From Oligoflexales bacterium (GTDB taxonomy: Bacteria; Bdellovibrionota_B; Oligoflexia; Oligoflexales; RGVZ01): a DNA stretch of 64,000 bases. Shown piece by piece: positions 30,101-38,653 of the stretch. The translations under genes were made by a program, and so were the position numbers. Every line of letters begins with the position of its first letter. Position 1 is the stretch's first letter. The stretch covers positions 23,959 through 87,958 of the forward strand of contig CANILH010000002.1 in assembly GCA_947468665.1 (NCBI GenBank). The letters run 5' to 3'. A model generated the notes under the pieces. It saw only the letters and a list, made by a program, of their open reading frames with translations. It was not told the origin of the DNA and searched no databases.

Positions 30101-33100
30101 TATCAAACTTTGCCCAAGCACTTCAGGAATATAGCCTCGCTGAGTCAGCGATCGCGGCACTGGATTATGAGAGTTTTAAACAAAACAAAGACACTATCAT
30201 CATCGACATCGGCGGACAAAATTCCGCGGCACTTGGGTTCACCAAGGCCGACAGGCTTATACAAATAGCATCGTTCAAGGCGCAAATTTTCGAGACGACC
30301 AGTGACTACGAAAACGCGCTGACTCAACTAACCAAAAAAGCGAGCCTGCTGAATGAAAAACTGGGAAATGGGAAAAAGCTGGGATTTACGGGTGCGTACA
30401 TGGCCGAGGAACTTGCCATTTGCCACAATAACATTGGAAATTTGCAAAATAGACAGGGAAATCTAACCGCGGCCACCACCAGCTTTGCCACGTCGCTCGA
30501 ATTCGCGAAAAAACTTCGTGTACAAGGACAGCTCTACCCTGCGAGACCTGAGTGGCTTGGACTTCTCAATCTCGCGAGAAATCAGCTTCAGCGGGCTGAC
30601 CTCAAGACGATTTCTAATGACGAACGCGCCAAAATTGAGCGCGACATTGATGACGCACTTGCCCAATTTGAGACCCCACTTAAACAGGATAATCGCGAGG
30701 CCATGCTCGCCGTCGCGGCTCTAAAAGGCGTCTCCGCGCAACTTATGAGTGTGGACGCGTTACCTGCAGACGGGAGATATGCGCAAGCACAGACAAGGTT
30801 TCAAGATTCCATTGTACTCGCGCAAAAGCTCGGCATTGAGCCCAACTTTCAAAAGAGCGCGAATTTAAACCTCGACCGTCAAACAGCCGAGAGCCGGGCC
30901 GATAAAGATGACATTTTCGCCGCATATCTCGATTTCCGTAAGGGAGCTATGCTCAACCCCGGCCTCTCCTGGAAATACCTGGCGAGCCAGGGGCTCTGTC
31001 ATCAGGCCATTGCCAGTGTCGCCAACTTTGTTTCCGTTGGGGCCCATATTCCGGATAATGACTTGAACCTGGTCAAACACTGTGTAGACAGTACGCTTGA
31101 CGGCACCTTCGCGCGGAAATCTAAAGCCCAACCAGACAAAAACGCGATACGAGATAGCTTTGAGTCCCTTAGGCGCTTTTACTACATTATGGCGCAGTCG
31201 TATGTGAACGAAACGGTACGTCAAGAAACTAAACAGACCAAGTCTGAGCAAGCCGTCAAGGTAAAGGAGCTCTTTACCCTCGGCCGTTTTGAGCGTCTAG
31301 GAGCCAGTCTTGAGCCGAAAGATGGTCTTTTAATCGTCAGGCCTGGGTCGTCGGGACTGAATCTTTTTTTACTTTTCTCCAGCGAGATTTTTGCCAAACG
31401 AACAGATAAAACTGAAAAGCCAGGAATTGGCTCTGCCAGCTCTCCGGCCCTGGCTCAAATGTTTGAGGCGGCTATTAAGAAAACTGAACGACTTTACATT
31501 GTCACCGATGATGGTGGCGATATTCTCGCTGAGCCAGCCTTAAAAGAACTTTTGAAGGGAAAGACTCGATCGTTTCTCCCTGCCCCGGATCTTTTGCCCA
31601 AACTTGCGAATATCAGGCCGGTCGGCGCCATACCGGAGATACTTCCAGCAGGCCAAAAAAACTCTATTATCTGGAAAGGGTACCTGGACCGCCTGATCGC
31701 GGGAAGCTATGGGATTGTGGCACTCTCAAACAAGCTTGCGGACATCTCGGTCAAAGGTCTTCCGGACAAAATATTCGAAACCCTTCCTCACATTGCCATT
31801 TCTGGAGCTGATGAGGACGCTATCATCATCGGTTACATGGGACCATCGCGCAGCGAAGTCCAGGACAGCGGCAAAAGGCTCGCACTTAACGCGCTCAGTG
31901 ACGCCGAGAACAGCCTAGCCGAAAAAGACTTTCCGAGTAGCCAAATGTACGCAAAAGAAGCCTATAGTTACTCCGTTACATCTGGTGATAAGGAGACCCG
32001 CTATAATTCCGCAACACTGGTTGTTGACTCGATTCTAAAGTCGGGCCAAGGCGAAGGTCTTGCTTACTTCAAAGAAAAGCAAAAGCTTGCCTCCATCGAG
32101 CTCAATAAGGCACACCCACTTGAAAAAGACCTTGATGCCGCAGAGGTCGAGGCAAAGCGGCGCAATACGTCAGAAGCGAGAAAGCTTATAAATGACCTGG
32201 AAGGCGACATCGCGAAGTCAAAAGACCAATTGCTGAAAGCGAGATATCTCCAGATCAAAGGGGAGGTTTTCGCTCAAGAATTACAATTCGCGGAGGCGTC
32301 TAAGGCGCTTTCCGCCGCAAGCGAGATATACACGTTGAAAAAAGCCTACGCGGCCGCGGCAAGGACCTCAAGACGACTCGCCACCTTGTACTCAAAAAGC
32401 ACCCATGATTTTAAAGAAGCCACGATTCAGTTGGTTGTTTCTGAGGGGCTATACAAAAAAGCCAATGATCAAAGGGGTTATTTTGAGGCGAGTATCACCC
32501 GGGCGAGGCTCTTAATGAATGCTGGCCAATTAACCGCGGCAGATAACCTAATCAATTCCCTTACAGCCGAGACGTCCAAAGGATTTTCCATCACCGATCA
32601 AATCGAAGTCAAATTTTTGAAAGCGGAACTGGCATTTTTGAGAGGCGAGTTTAGAGCTTCGCGGGAGGCCCTTAGCGAAATTCAAAAACCCAGTCAAGAC
32701 ATAGCCAGCATAGAGAAGCGCAAAACAGCGAATATCCGGATAGCGCGGCTTAAAGGCTGGCTGCTTGCGGCCCAAGATCACAAAAATGACGCCATTGCGG
32801 CATTTAATGAGGCGATACTTGACGCCAAAAAATACCGAGATTCCCACCTTGAGCGTGAAATCAGACTGGACGTCGGTCAATTGTCGCGACATTGGGGAGA
32901 TATGGCCCAATCAGGGTCTCACTTTGAGGTGTCAGTCGCACTAGCGAAAGCCGAGACTATAGAAAGTCCAGGTGATGACGAGTTGTCGGTTAATCTCAAT
33001 AACTATGCTTTAAGCCTGTTGTTCGCGGGAGACCTCCCCAAGGCAAAAATATTGGTGTCTGAGGCGAGTTCCAGCGCGAAAAAGAACGGGGACAAGGTAC

Positions 33101-34485
33101 TGGACGCCAGCTCTCAACTGGTCATGGCTGACATCGCTTTAGCTGAAAATAATTCAGAACAGACTTTGAGACACCTGAACAGCGCACTTTCTATGTTGAA
33201 TGGCATATCGGCCCCCGACGTCTCATGGAGAATTCAATATGGCCTAGGCATTTTGGCAGTCCTTTCAAAACAACCCGAAAAGGCGTCAGAATATTTTTCC
33301 GCCGCTATCGATATTGCTCGAGATCTTTCCAATGGCCCCCGTCAGAGTTTAACCTCGTCAGACTCCATATCAGGAGTAACCTTTGATGATTTAAGATTCG
33401 CATTGGCTCAAAGCCTGATCAGCAGCAACAAACCTGAGAAGGCCTTGGTCATTTTGGAAGGGAGGAGAGCCCAAGAACATCTGACATTCAAAGCGAACAG
33501 CTCCGAACCTGGCAAGGAATTAGGTGCCAAGGCATTAAGATCATCTCTTCCTGGCAATACAAAGATCGTGGAATTTTTCGTAAGAAGAAAAATCATCACT
33601 GCGTTTGTTATTTCCGCCGATGACATTAAAGCAAAGATCCTCGATTTAAGGTCAGCAGACATCAGCTCACTTATTGAGGCAAGTAAACAAACCAACAAGG
33701 TCGACCGGGACAAGGCCATCAAGGATTTATCCTCAGGGCTCACTGAGCCACTCGCAGCTGAGGTCGCGGGAGCGGAACATTTGATCCTTATCGCCGGAGA
33801 GGAACTGCGGGATCTACCGTTTGCCGCGCTTTCATGTGGTGGAAAAGCGTTAATAGACGTGGTTAGAGTATTAACCTTTGCTCCGGCGGCAAGTTTTGAA
33901 AAGACCGAGTCAGTTGAAAAAGGGGCTCAGAGACAGGGACTGAGACTCCTAGCCTCCCTCAGCACGGACTCAAAGGACTCGTTTTTCAAAAAAGAGCGGT
34001 CAACCATCACCAGGTTTTTCCCCGAGGCCCAGATTCTTGACGGTAAGTCGGCTAACCTCGCCGCACTCCAGGGAGAGCTTGGTGAGGAAGATATTCTCCA
34101 CATTTCGGCAACTGGCACCTCAAATCGACTTGATCCAAAATCTTCATATTTGCAGTTATATCCCGCTAGCTCCGAGGCAAACCAGCTTCAAGTGAAAGAA
34201 ATCACAAGTAAGCCGACCAAAAGAAAGCTAACTATACTCACGCAGGCTTCGCCGTCAGAGGCATTCACATGCTCCTTTCTCACCCAAGGCACAAAAGCTG
34301 TAATTGCCAACACAGGTAAAAGCGGAGACACCTCAAGCCTGTTTCTTACCAAAAGCTTCTATAAGAATTATCTGGCGGGAAAAAACCCTTGTGATTCGCT
34401 ACGGCAAGCTCAGCTAACCACAAGAAAATATTTCCCAGCTGATCTGACCTGGGCTAATTTCAGAATATACGGGGCTTGTGAGTAA
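27118..34485 (+). CDS. Giant (~2455 aa) signal-anchored PD40 (TolB-like) beta-propeller / TPR-like repeat / CHAT-domain protein
   Basis: The ATG at 27118 follows AGGAAAG and overlaps the upstream gene by 19 nt (the ORF-track start at 27097 is TTG). The hydrophobic anchor is LCLLLAAGITSTLVI. See the sub-features for the domain evidence. Confidence 0.8.
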   Translation: MGTKTVNRHHFRQLCLLLAAGITSTLVIRCASRKYISSDDFVLPILFKAFENPTRVTIGNESNYGPSLSPNGAYMFYTSDRTGNKDLFVKKTRGGYAVPLTSHPADDFSPVMSPDGSMLAFVSRRTNAAGSIHVMKIGQSISKLSGQIEGDTFSINLPDLELRNPAWFPKGDKIVFSGRGPGERIPRIYTAKVAESPDIIPLDGIRGDYPTVSHAGGMIAYSRSGALFLFQPGQKKEIKLTTGETVQDGHPQFTPDDKGLAFIRYADDTNDDGKIDANDRPTIWSLDIERQKSEPENLENFSLKALSSAQFAAFYPQVHRPYIYFASQDSDSLDIYRLPESGHTKFHKDLNATVNNFEQLDDEHNKTYLLRHDTSEAFIAKNDDLASKLALLELEWLTDIERHLEAKWLAAKIARNFHENVNVLAAASLITIEGALSPWRYPSNENEISEDARHQMKQWQKVVSGILDDAQKTTAISDDTKALAFYVSAELTATMGDPKQSEALLTRITSEFASRTQIASKALYYRAKLETVRGEHDLALNTTIEMITKFPKERTRAISASLDITTAVPISDRGAIKKLTHIRDLSDKVIVLPAYAQHRMIAVWRHQGKQEAANAEMRALIKRAEGSPVLALEAAEELVGIEDEAGRQSSALGIIKELRPLLSKSDPEIKKRLSLLEVSLHVRRGRAHLTAGEIGFGVREFKAALAVWPTDLGAQVGLIDAKEQGGELESAVADYQRLVTGGSNNSDILYLLAYAKQKQAASNPKERLTIINDSLELLENARQINGHVSQYHLLLGKLYLEKAHIRRTELDSTSGMSKMSRAFTQFKNFLGFPESNWFELSIDSSLTAFYLSPPKSVEQADLSLQMGDTYFENQNYHLSLRHYIKRVQMLATVPLGDIKKEMRLYRHAGRAAFYAQELELAATLQRKAYQLAKASGNTFDISFSLDSMALTLRDSHKYAETREIYDELLKLQVKNNDLINATNTHVNLGYTHFMLSNFAQALQEYSLAESAIAALDYESFKQNKDTIIIDIGGQNSAALGFTKADRLIQIASFKAQIFETTSDYENALTQLTKKASLLNEKLGNGKKLGFTGAYMAEELAICHNNIGNLQNRQGNLTAATTSFATSLEFAKKLRVQGQLYPARPEWLGLLNLARNQLQRADLKTISNDERAKIERDIDDALAQFETPLKQDNREAMLAVAALKGVSAQLMSVDALPADGRYAQAQTRFQDSIVLAQKLGIEPNFQKSANLNLDRQTAESRADKDDIFAAYLDFRKGAMLNPGLSWKYLASQGLCHQAIASVANFVSVGAHIPDNDLNLVKHCVDSTLDGTFARKSKAQPDKNAIRDSFESLRRFYYIMAQSYVNETVRQETKQTKSEQAVKVKELFTLGRFERLGASLEPKDGLLIVRPGSSGLNLFLLFSSEIFAKRTDKTEKPGIGSASSPALAQMFEAAIKKTERLYIVTDDGGDILAEPALKELLKGKTRSFLPAPDLLPKLANIRPVGAIPEILPAGQKNSIIWKGYLDRLIAGSYGIVALSNKLADISVKGLPDKIFETLPHIAISGADEDAIIIGYMGPSRSEVQDSGKRLALNALSDAENSLAEKDFPSSQMYAKEAYSYSVTSGDKETRYNSATLVVDSILKSGQGEGLAYFKEKQKLASIELNKAHPLEKDLDAAEVEAKRRNTSEARKLINDLEGDIAKSKDQLLKARYLQIKGEVFAQELQFAEASKALSAASEIYTLKKAYAAAARTSRRLATLYSKSTHDFKEATIQLVVSEGLYKKANDQRGYFEASITRARLLMNAGQLTAADNLINSLTAETSKGFSITDQIEVKFLKAELAFLRGEFRASREALSEIQKPSQDIASIEKRKTANIRIARLKGWLLAAQDHKNDAIAAFNEAILDAKKYRDSHLEREIRLDVGQLSRHWGDMAQSGSHFEVSVALAKAETIESPGDDELSVNLNNYALSLLFAGDLPKAKILVSEASSSAKKNGDKVLDASSQLVMADIALAENNSEQTLRHLNSALSMLNGISAPDVSWRIQYGLGILAVLSKQPEKASEYFSAAIDIARDLSNGPRQSLTSSDSISGVTFDDLRFALAQSLISSNKPEKALVILEGRRAQEHLTFKANSSEPGKELGAKALRSSLPGNTKIVEFFVRRKIITAFVISADDIKAKILDLRSADISSLIEASKQTNKVDRDKAIKDLSSGLTEPLAAEVAGAEHLILIAGEELRDLPFAALSCGGKALIDVVRVLTFAPAASFEKTESVEKGAQRQGLRLLASLSTDSKDSFFKKERSTITRFFPEAQILDGKSANLAALQGELGEEDILHISATGTSNRLDPKSSYLQLYPASSEANQLQVKEITSKPTKRKLTILTQASPSEAFTCSFLTQGTKAVIANTGKSGDTSSLFLTKSFYKNYLAGKNPCDSLRQAQLTTRKYFPADLTWANFRIYGACE
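27259..28137 (+). other. PD40 / TolB-like beta-propeller region of the giant protein
   Basis: Repeated PD40 signatures: PSLSPNGAYMFYTSDRTGNKDLF, FSPVMSPDGSMLAFVSRR, PAWFPKGDKIVFSG, PQFTPDDKGLAFIRY. There is also a DDTNDDGKIDAND calcium-loop-like insert. Confidence 0.7.
33560..34482 (+). other. CHAT (caspase-fold) domain region of the giant protein
   Basis: HLILIAGEELRDLPFAAL, VLTFAPAASF, ILHISATG, LTILTQASPS, GTKAVIANTG...LFLTKSFYKNY...SLRQAQL...WANFRIYG follow the order of conserved CHAT blocks. Confidence 0.65.
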
Positions 34486-34588
34486 TGAAATATAGGACCG
34501 GTCAGTCAATATGAGTCAAATCATTTTGATTTGAGACCCTATTCACCTCGACCCGCGTTTACTTCGGTGTGGGAAATTTCCGTATTGA

Positions 34589-36046
34589 TTAATCTGTTTT
34601 AAGCGCTGCCAAAACACTGTCAATACTCTTCTTAGCATCCCCAAACAGCATGCGAGAGTTCTCTGCATAAAATAGCGGGTTGTCAACGCCAGCATACCCT
34701 GAAGCCATGCCTCTCTTTAGAACGATACAATTTTTGGCCTTCCACACCTCAAGCACAGGCATCCCGTAAATTGGGCTGGACTTGTCGGTCTGGGCCGCGG
34801 GATTGACGACGTCATTGGCGCCGACCACAAGGACAACTCCTGTTTCTGGGAAATCTCCGTTTATTTCATCCATCTCCTCGACGATGTCATACGGAACATT
34901 GGCTTCCGCCAGAAGTACGTTCATGTGTCCGGGCAGTCGGCCTGCCACGGGGTGAATTGCAAAACGCACCTGGATACCGGTTTTGCGCAGTATTTCAGTG
35001 ATCTGGTGAATAGGATGCTGTGCCTGCGCCACGGCCATGCCGTAGCCTGGAACAATCACAACGCTTTTGGTGTCTTTTAACATGCGGGCTACTTCAACGG
35101 CATCAATGGAGACGACTTCTCCAGCCGGGGTTTGGGTTGCCGAGCTTGCTGAGGGTTTGGTCGTACTTGAGCCAAAACCGCCCAAGATGACGCTGATAAA
35201 GCTGCGATTCATGGCGCGGCACATGATGACACTCAAGATGGCGCCACTGCTACCAACAAGTGCGCCAGTTACAATCAGAAGGTTGTTACTTAACATGAAG
35301 CCTGCTGCTGCCGCCGCCCAACCGGAATAGCTGTTAAGCATCGACACAACAACGGGCATGTCCGCTCCACCAATGGCCATCACCATGTGAATACCGATCA
35401 GGAGTGCGAGACCTGTCATGAGAAGCAAAGGGCCAAGTCCAGCAGCTAATCCGGCAAAAAAAGGATCTGTCCCGGATGACGCCGATTGCGTGAATAAGAT
35501 CCCGAAATATAGTGCCGCGAGCACCATTCCAAGGTTCAGCCAATGCCGGGCAGGTAGCAGAAGTGAGTTTCCAGAAATCGATCCGCGCAATTTGCCGAAG
35601 GCAATTATGGAACCACTGAAAGTTATTGCCCCGATGAAAACGCCAATGAATATTTCGATGTCATGGATGACAACCATCGCGCCGGTCATCGCGTCATGCT
35701 CTAAGCCGGCGCCGTGGGGTGCTTGCATAAAATTAGCGAGCCCGACAAGGACCGCGGCGAGACCCACAAAACTGTGGAGCATAGCAACCAGTTCAGGCAT
35801 TGTTGTCATTGCGACCCGAGCGGCTAAGACAGCTCCGATAGCGGCTCCAATCGCGATCACGGTGCCGAGTAAAGCGTAGTTGCTGACTCCTTGACCCATG
35901 GCCGTCGCGATTACAGCGACAAGGATGCCGGCTACACCATAAATATTACCGCGGCGTGCCGACTCCTGAGTGGATAGGCCTCCGAGACTCAAAATAAAAA
36001 AAACACTGGCAAGCAAATAACTAACTGTCAAAAAAGTCTGCGGCAC
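34589..36046 (-). CDS. pntB: NAD(P) transhydrogenase subunit beta
   Basis: Multi-TM N-terminal half and a C-terminal dIII with [16 protein letters not shown]...[18 protein letters not shown]...[10 protein letters not shown]. Confidence 0.94.
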   Translation of the reverse strand: MPQTFLTVSYLLASVFFILSLGGLSTQESARRGNIYGVAGILVAVIATAMGQGVSNYALLGTVIAIGAAIGAVLAARVAMTTMPELVAMLHSFVGLAAVLVGLANFMQAPHGAGLEHDAMTGAMVVIHDIEIFIGVFIGAITFSGSIIAFGKLRGSISGNSLLLPARHWLNLGMVLAALYFGILFTQSASSGTDPFFAGLAAGLGPLLLMTGLALLIGIHMVMAIGGADMPVVVSMLNSYSGWAAAAAGFMLSNNLLIVTGALVGSSGAILSVIMCRAMNRSFISVILGGFGSSTTKPSASSATQTPAGEVVSIDAVEVARMLKDTKSVVIVPGYGMAVAQAQHPIHQITEILRKTGIQVRFAIHPVAGRLPGHMNVLLAEANVPYDIVEEMDEINGDFPETGVVLVVGANDVVNPAAQTDKSSPIYGMPVLEVWKAKNCIVLKRGMASGYAGVDNPLFYAENSRMLFGDAKKSIDSVLAALKTD

Positions 36047-36057
36047 GGCTATTTTCC

Positions 36058-37725
36058 TTATTTTCTAAACATTTTAAGCATGCGTTGGGTCACCAAAAAA
36101 CCCCCGGCGATGTTGATTGTCGCCAGAAGCACGGCGATTGCCGCCAGCCATGTGCTCAGATCGCCCAAGGGGCCGGATACTTGCAGCATAGAACCGATCA
36201 CAATAATTCCACTGATTGCATTGGTGACACTCATAAGTGGCGTGTGAAGCGCTGGGCTCACGTTCCAAACGATCTGCCAGCCAATAACACAAGCAAGTAA
36301 AAATACGGTGAGGTGACTTAGAAACTCCGGAGGAGCGACGAGACCAAGTGCGCCCAAAGCGCTGGCTGCGATGATCCAATAAAGTGTCATTTTCGCGCCT
36401 GCAACCGGCTGCGCCGCTGCTCCACCGTGATGCCCGTGCTTTGATTTGGAGTGGCGTACTTTTTCGGTCGCGTTAATAGTGGAAACAGAAGATTTGGCTG
36501 AGGTTGCGGCATTGGTTACTGGAGCTGCGGCTGGTTTTTTTGGCGGCGGCCAAGTTATGTCGCCCGCGTGCGTCACCAGTGCTGGTCTGATAATGTCGTC
36601 TTCAAGATCTATATGGAACTTTCGCGGTCCTTTATCTATGCCTGCGGGGCACATGGACTCAAGAAGATTATAGAGATTGTTGCCTAAAAGCTGGCTGGCC
36701 TGGGACGCCATCCGCGAGGGCAAGTCAGTGAAGCCAACAATACTCACGCCGTGGACTACGGCAATCTCGCCAGGGCGTGTAAGCTCACAATTACCACCCT
36801 GCTCTGCAGCAAGATCCACAATGACACTGCCACGACGCATGGACTTAACCATCTCGCCCGTAATCAAAACAGGCGCCTTGACGCCCGGAATTAGGGCCGT
36901 TGTGATAATAATGTCTACATCTTTGCTCTGCTTGGCAAAGAGATCCATTTCCGCTTTAATAAACTCCGGTGACATGACTTTGGCGTAACCGCCCTCGCCA
37001 GTGCCGTCTTCGTTGAATTCAAGCTCCAAAAATTCCGCGCCCATACTTGTGATTTGATCTTTAACCTCAGGCCGCGTGTCAAAAGCGCGGACGATTGCCC
37101 CTAGAGCACGTCCAGCTCCGATGGCGGCTAGGCCAGCCACCCCGGCACCGATTACCATAATTTTCGCGGGTGGCATTTTTCCGGCGGCAGTGATCTGCCC
37201 AGTGAATGGCCTACTGAAAGCCGCCGCAGCCTCAATGACCGCGCGGTATCCCGCAAGATTCGCCATGGAACTAAGCACGTCCATTTTCTGGGCTCTGGTG
37301 GTGCGGGGGATTGAGTCCAGCGACAGCGAGGATAGCTTTTTCGAGGCGAGTTGCTTGAGTAATTCGGGATTTTGGCCTGGTGACACCAAGCTCACAACAA
37401 AAGACCCCTCTCGTATCATGCTAATCTCATCAGCTGATGGGGCTCGGACTTTGAGGACTACATCAGCGTCTCCCAGGAGCTTCTTGACGTCGCTGCTAAT
37501 ACCGCTACCTGCGGCCATATATTCCTGGTCGTCAAAACCCGCTGCGGCACCGGCTTGTGATTGGATCTCCACTGTAAATCCAAGATTCTTGAATTTTTCA
37601 ACCTGAGTCGGCGTGAGGGCGACACGGCGCTCACCTGGAAAGGACTCTTTTGGAATCACAAGACGCAATTCATTTTGGGTCTTTTTTGTCGGTGAATTTA
37701 ATGCACCGGGGGTCGTCTCATGCAT
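36058..37725 (-). CDS. pntA: NAD(P) transhydrogenase subunit alpha (dI plus membrane dII-alpha in one chain)
   Basis: RRVALTP..., [20 protein letters not shown] Rossmann motif, C-terminal TM helices, and a low-complexity linker with HGHHGG. Confidence 0.92.
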   Translation of the reverse strand: MHETTPGALNSPTKKTQNELRLVIPKESFPGERRVALTPTQVEKFKNLGFTVEIQSQAGAAAGFDDQEYMAAGSGISSDVKKLLGDADVVLKVRAPSADEISMIREGSFVVSLVSPGQNPELLKQLASKKLSSLSLDSIPRTTRAQKMDVLSSMANLAGYRAVIEAAAAFSRPFTGQITAAGKMPPAKIMVIGAGVAGLAAIGAGRALGAIVRAFDTRPEVKDQITSMGAEFLELEFNEDGTGEGGYAKVMSPEFIKAEMDLFAKQSKDVDIIITTALIPGVKAPVLITGEMVKSMRRGSVIVDLAAEQGGNCELTRPGEIAVVHGVSIVGFTDLPSRMASQASQLLGNNLYNLLESMCPAGIDKGPRKFHIDLEDDIIRPALVTHAGDITWPPPKKPAAAPVTNAATSAKSSVSTINATEKVRHSKSKHGHHGGAAAQPVAGAKMTLYWIIAASALGALGLVAPPEFLSHLTVFLLACVIGWQIVWNVSPALHTPLMSVTNAISGIIVIGSMLQVSGPLGDLSTWLAAIAVLLATINIAGGFLVTQRMLKMFRK

Positions 37726-37867
37726 TCAGTTTGTTCCATCGAAAGAAGTTTCAGCAAATTTACCGTCTTGTAGGCTGTGTGAAAGGCCATGATATCATAG
37801 GTTGTTCACAAACTGCCATGATTCCTTCCTCTTTCCTGATGGCGACTTCCGTGGAGCCTTGGTCATA

Positions 37868-38314
37868 TCAAGGTTTGTTCTCTCCAATGTCTTCAAACCA
37901 CAAGTCAGGTCGCTCTTTAATGAGCTGGTTCATCAATGCGATACATTGAGAGTCATTGAGAATTTCCAGGAGCACGCCACGCTGTCTTAGATATGCCTCT
38001 GGCCCCTGAAACGTCTGATTCTCACCAATGACGATGTGGGGGATTTTATAAAGCAAGGAAGCTCCACTGCACATATCGCAGGGCGATAGGGTCGAGTATA
38101 AAGTAGCCCGTCGATAATCTTCCGGCTTGAGACGGCCGGCCGCTTCAAGGCAATCCATCTCCGCATGTAAAATAGCGCTGCCATTTTGAACTCGCCTGTT
38201 TCTCCCTCGCGCGACAATTTTACCGTCGATGACCAGTACGCTGCCAATAGGGATCCCGCCTTCGGCGAGCCCCTTGCGCGCCTCATCAATTGCGGCTGCC
38301 ATATACATATCCAT
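37868..38314 (-). CDS. Cytosine deaminase, zinc CDA-fold (yeast Fcy1-type)
   Basis: HAEMDCLE and PCDMCSGA zinc motifs, and a C-terminus ERPDLWFEDIGE that closely parallels yeast Fcy1. The ATG at 38314 follows the SD GAGGGG. Confidence 0.8.
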   Translation of the reverse strand: MDMYMAAAIDEARKGLAEGGIPIGSVLVIDGKIVARGRNRRVQNGSAILHAEMDCLEAAGRLKPEDYRRATLYSTLSPCDMCSGASLLYKIPHIVIGENQTFQGPEAYLRQRGVLLEILNDSQCIALMNQLIKERPDLWFEDIGENKP

Positions 38315-38446
38315 TATTTCCCCTCTCATTTTTTAACTAAACAGATTGAGCACTGAACCATAGCATCGTCCATTACTAGATAGCGCCGGGGAAGGCCGCC
38401 GCCCGGAGTTTACGCGCAAGTAAATATTGAAAAAAGTAGAAAATGG

Positions 38447-38521
38447 TGGCGGTCCCGCGCAGATTCGAACTGCGAACGCCGCCTTCGGAGGGCGATATGA
38501 TATCCATTTCACTACGGGACC
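38447..38521 (-). tRNA. tRNA-Arg (anticodon CCG)
   Basis: The reverse complement is GGTCCCGTAGTGAAATGGATATCATATCGCCCTCCGAAGGCGGCGTTCGCAGTTCGAATCTGCGCGGGACCGCCA. The acceptor stem is GGTCCCG/CGGGACC, the anticodon loop is CTCCGAA, the T-arm is CGCAG-TTCGAATC-CTGCG, and CCA is encoded. Confidence 0.9.
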
Positions 38522-38577
38522 CTGGAGCAGAATGATTTAGCAACATTCTTGGTTCTACACAAGCACTCGGATTTACT

Positions 38578-38593
38578 TGGCAGTTATTTGGCT
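38578..38593 (+). promoter_or_regulatory. Weak sigma54-like -24/-12 element
   Basis: TGGCAGTTATTTGGCT compared with the consensus TGGCACG-N4-TTGCW. GG and GC are correctly spaced, but three other positions mismatch. It lies about 60 nt upstream of the ATG at 38654. Confidence 0.2.
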
Positions 38594-38653
38594 GTATTCT
38601 CTTTTAATAACAAACAGTTATATTCATTTTGCAAAACAAAAAGGAAAGTCAAA

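Noticed and set aside
34520-34545. An inverted repeat, TCAAATC-ATTTT-GATTTGA, between the convergent giant gene and pntB, considered as a terminator.
   Set aside because: It is a 7-bp all-weak AT-rich stem with no flanking T-run on either strand, so it is not a convincing intrinsic terminator.
37789-37798. A perfect 10-bp palindrome, ATGATATCAT, about 65 nt upstream of pntA, which could be an operator.
   Set aside because: It is too short and AT-rich to distinguish from chance, has no second half-site, and there is no cognate regulator nearby.
38330-38653. Possible integration hotspot or genomic island at tRNA-Arg(CCG), including the duplicated CCACCA at the tRNA 3' end.
   Set aside because: There is no integrase, no direct repeat of the tRNA 3' end that I could find nearby, and no phage or mobile genes. 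The flanking genes are ordinary metabolism.
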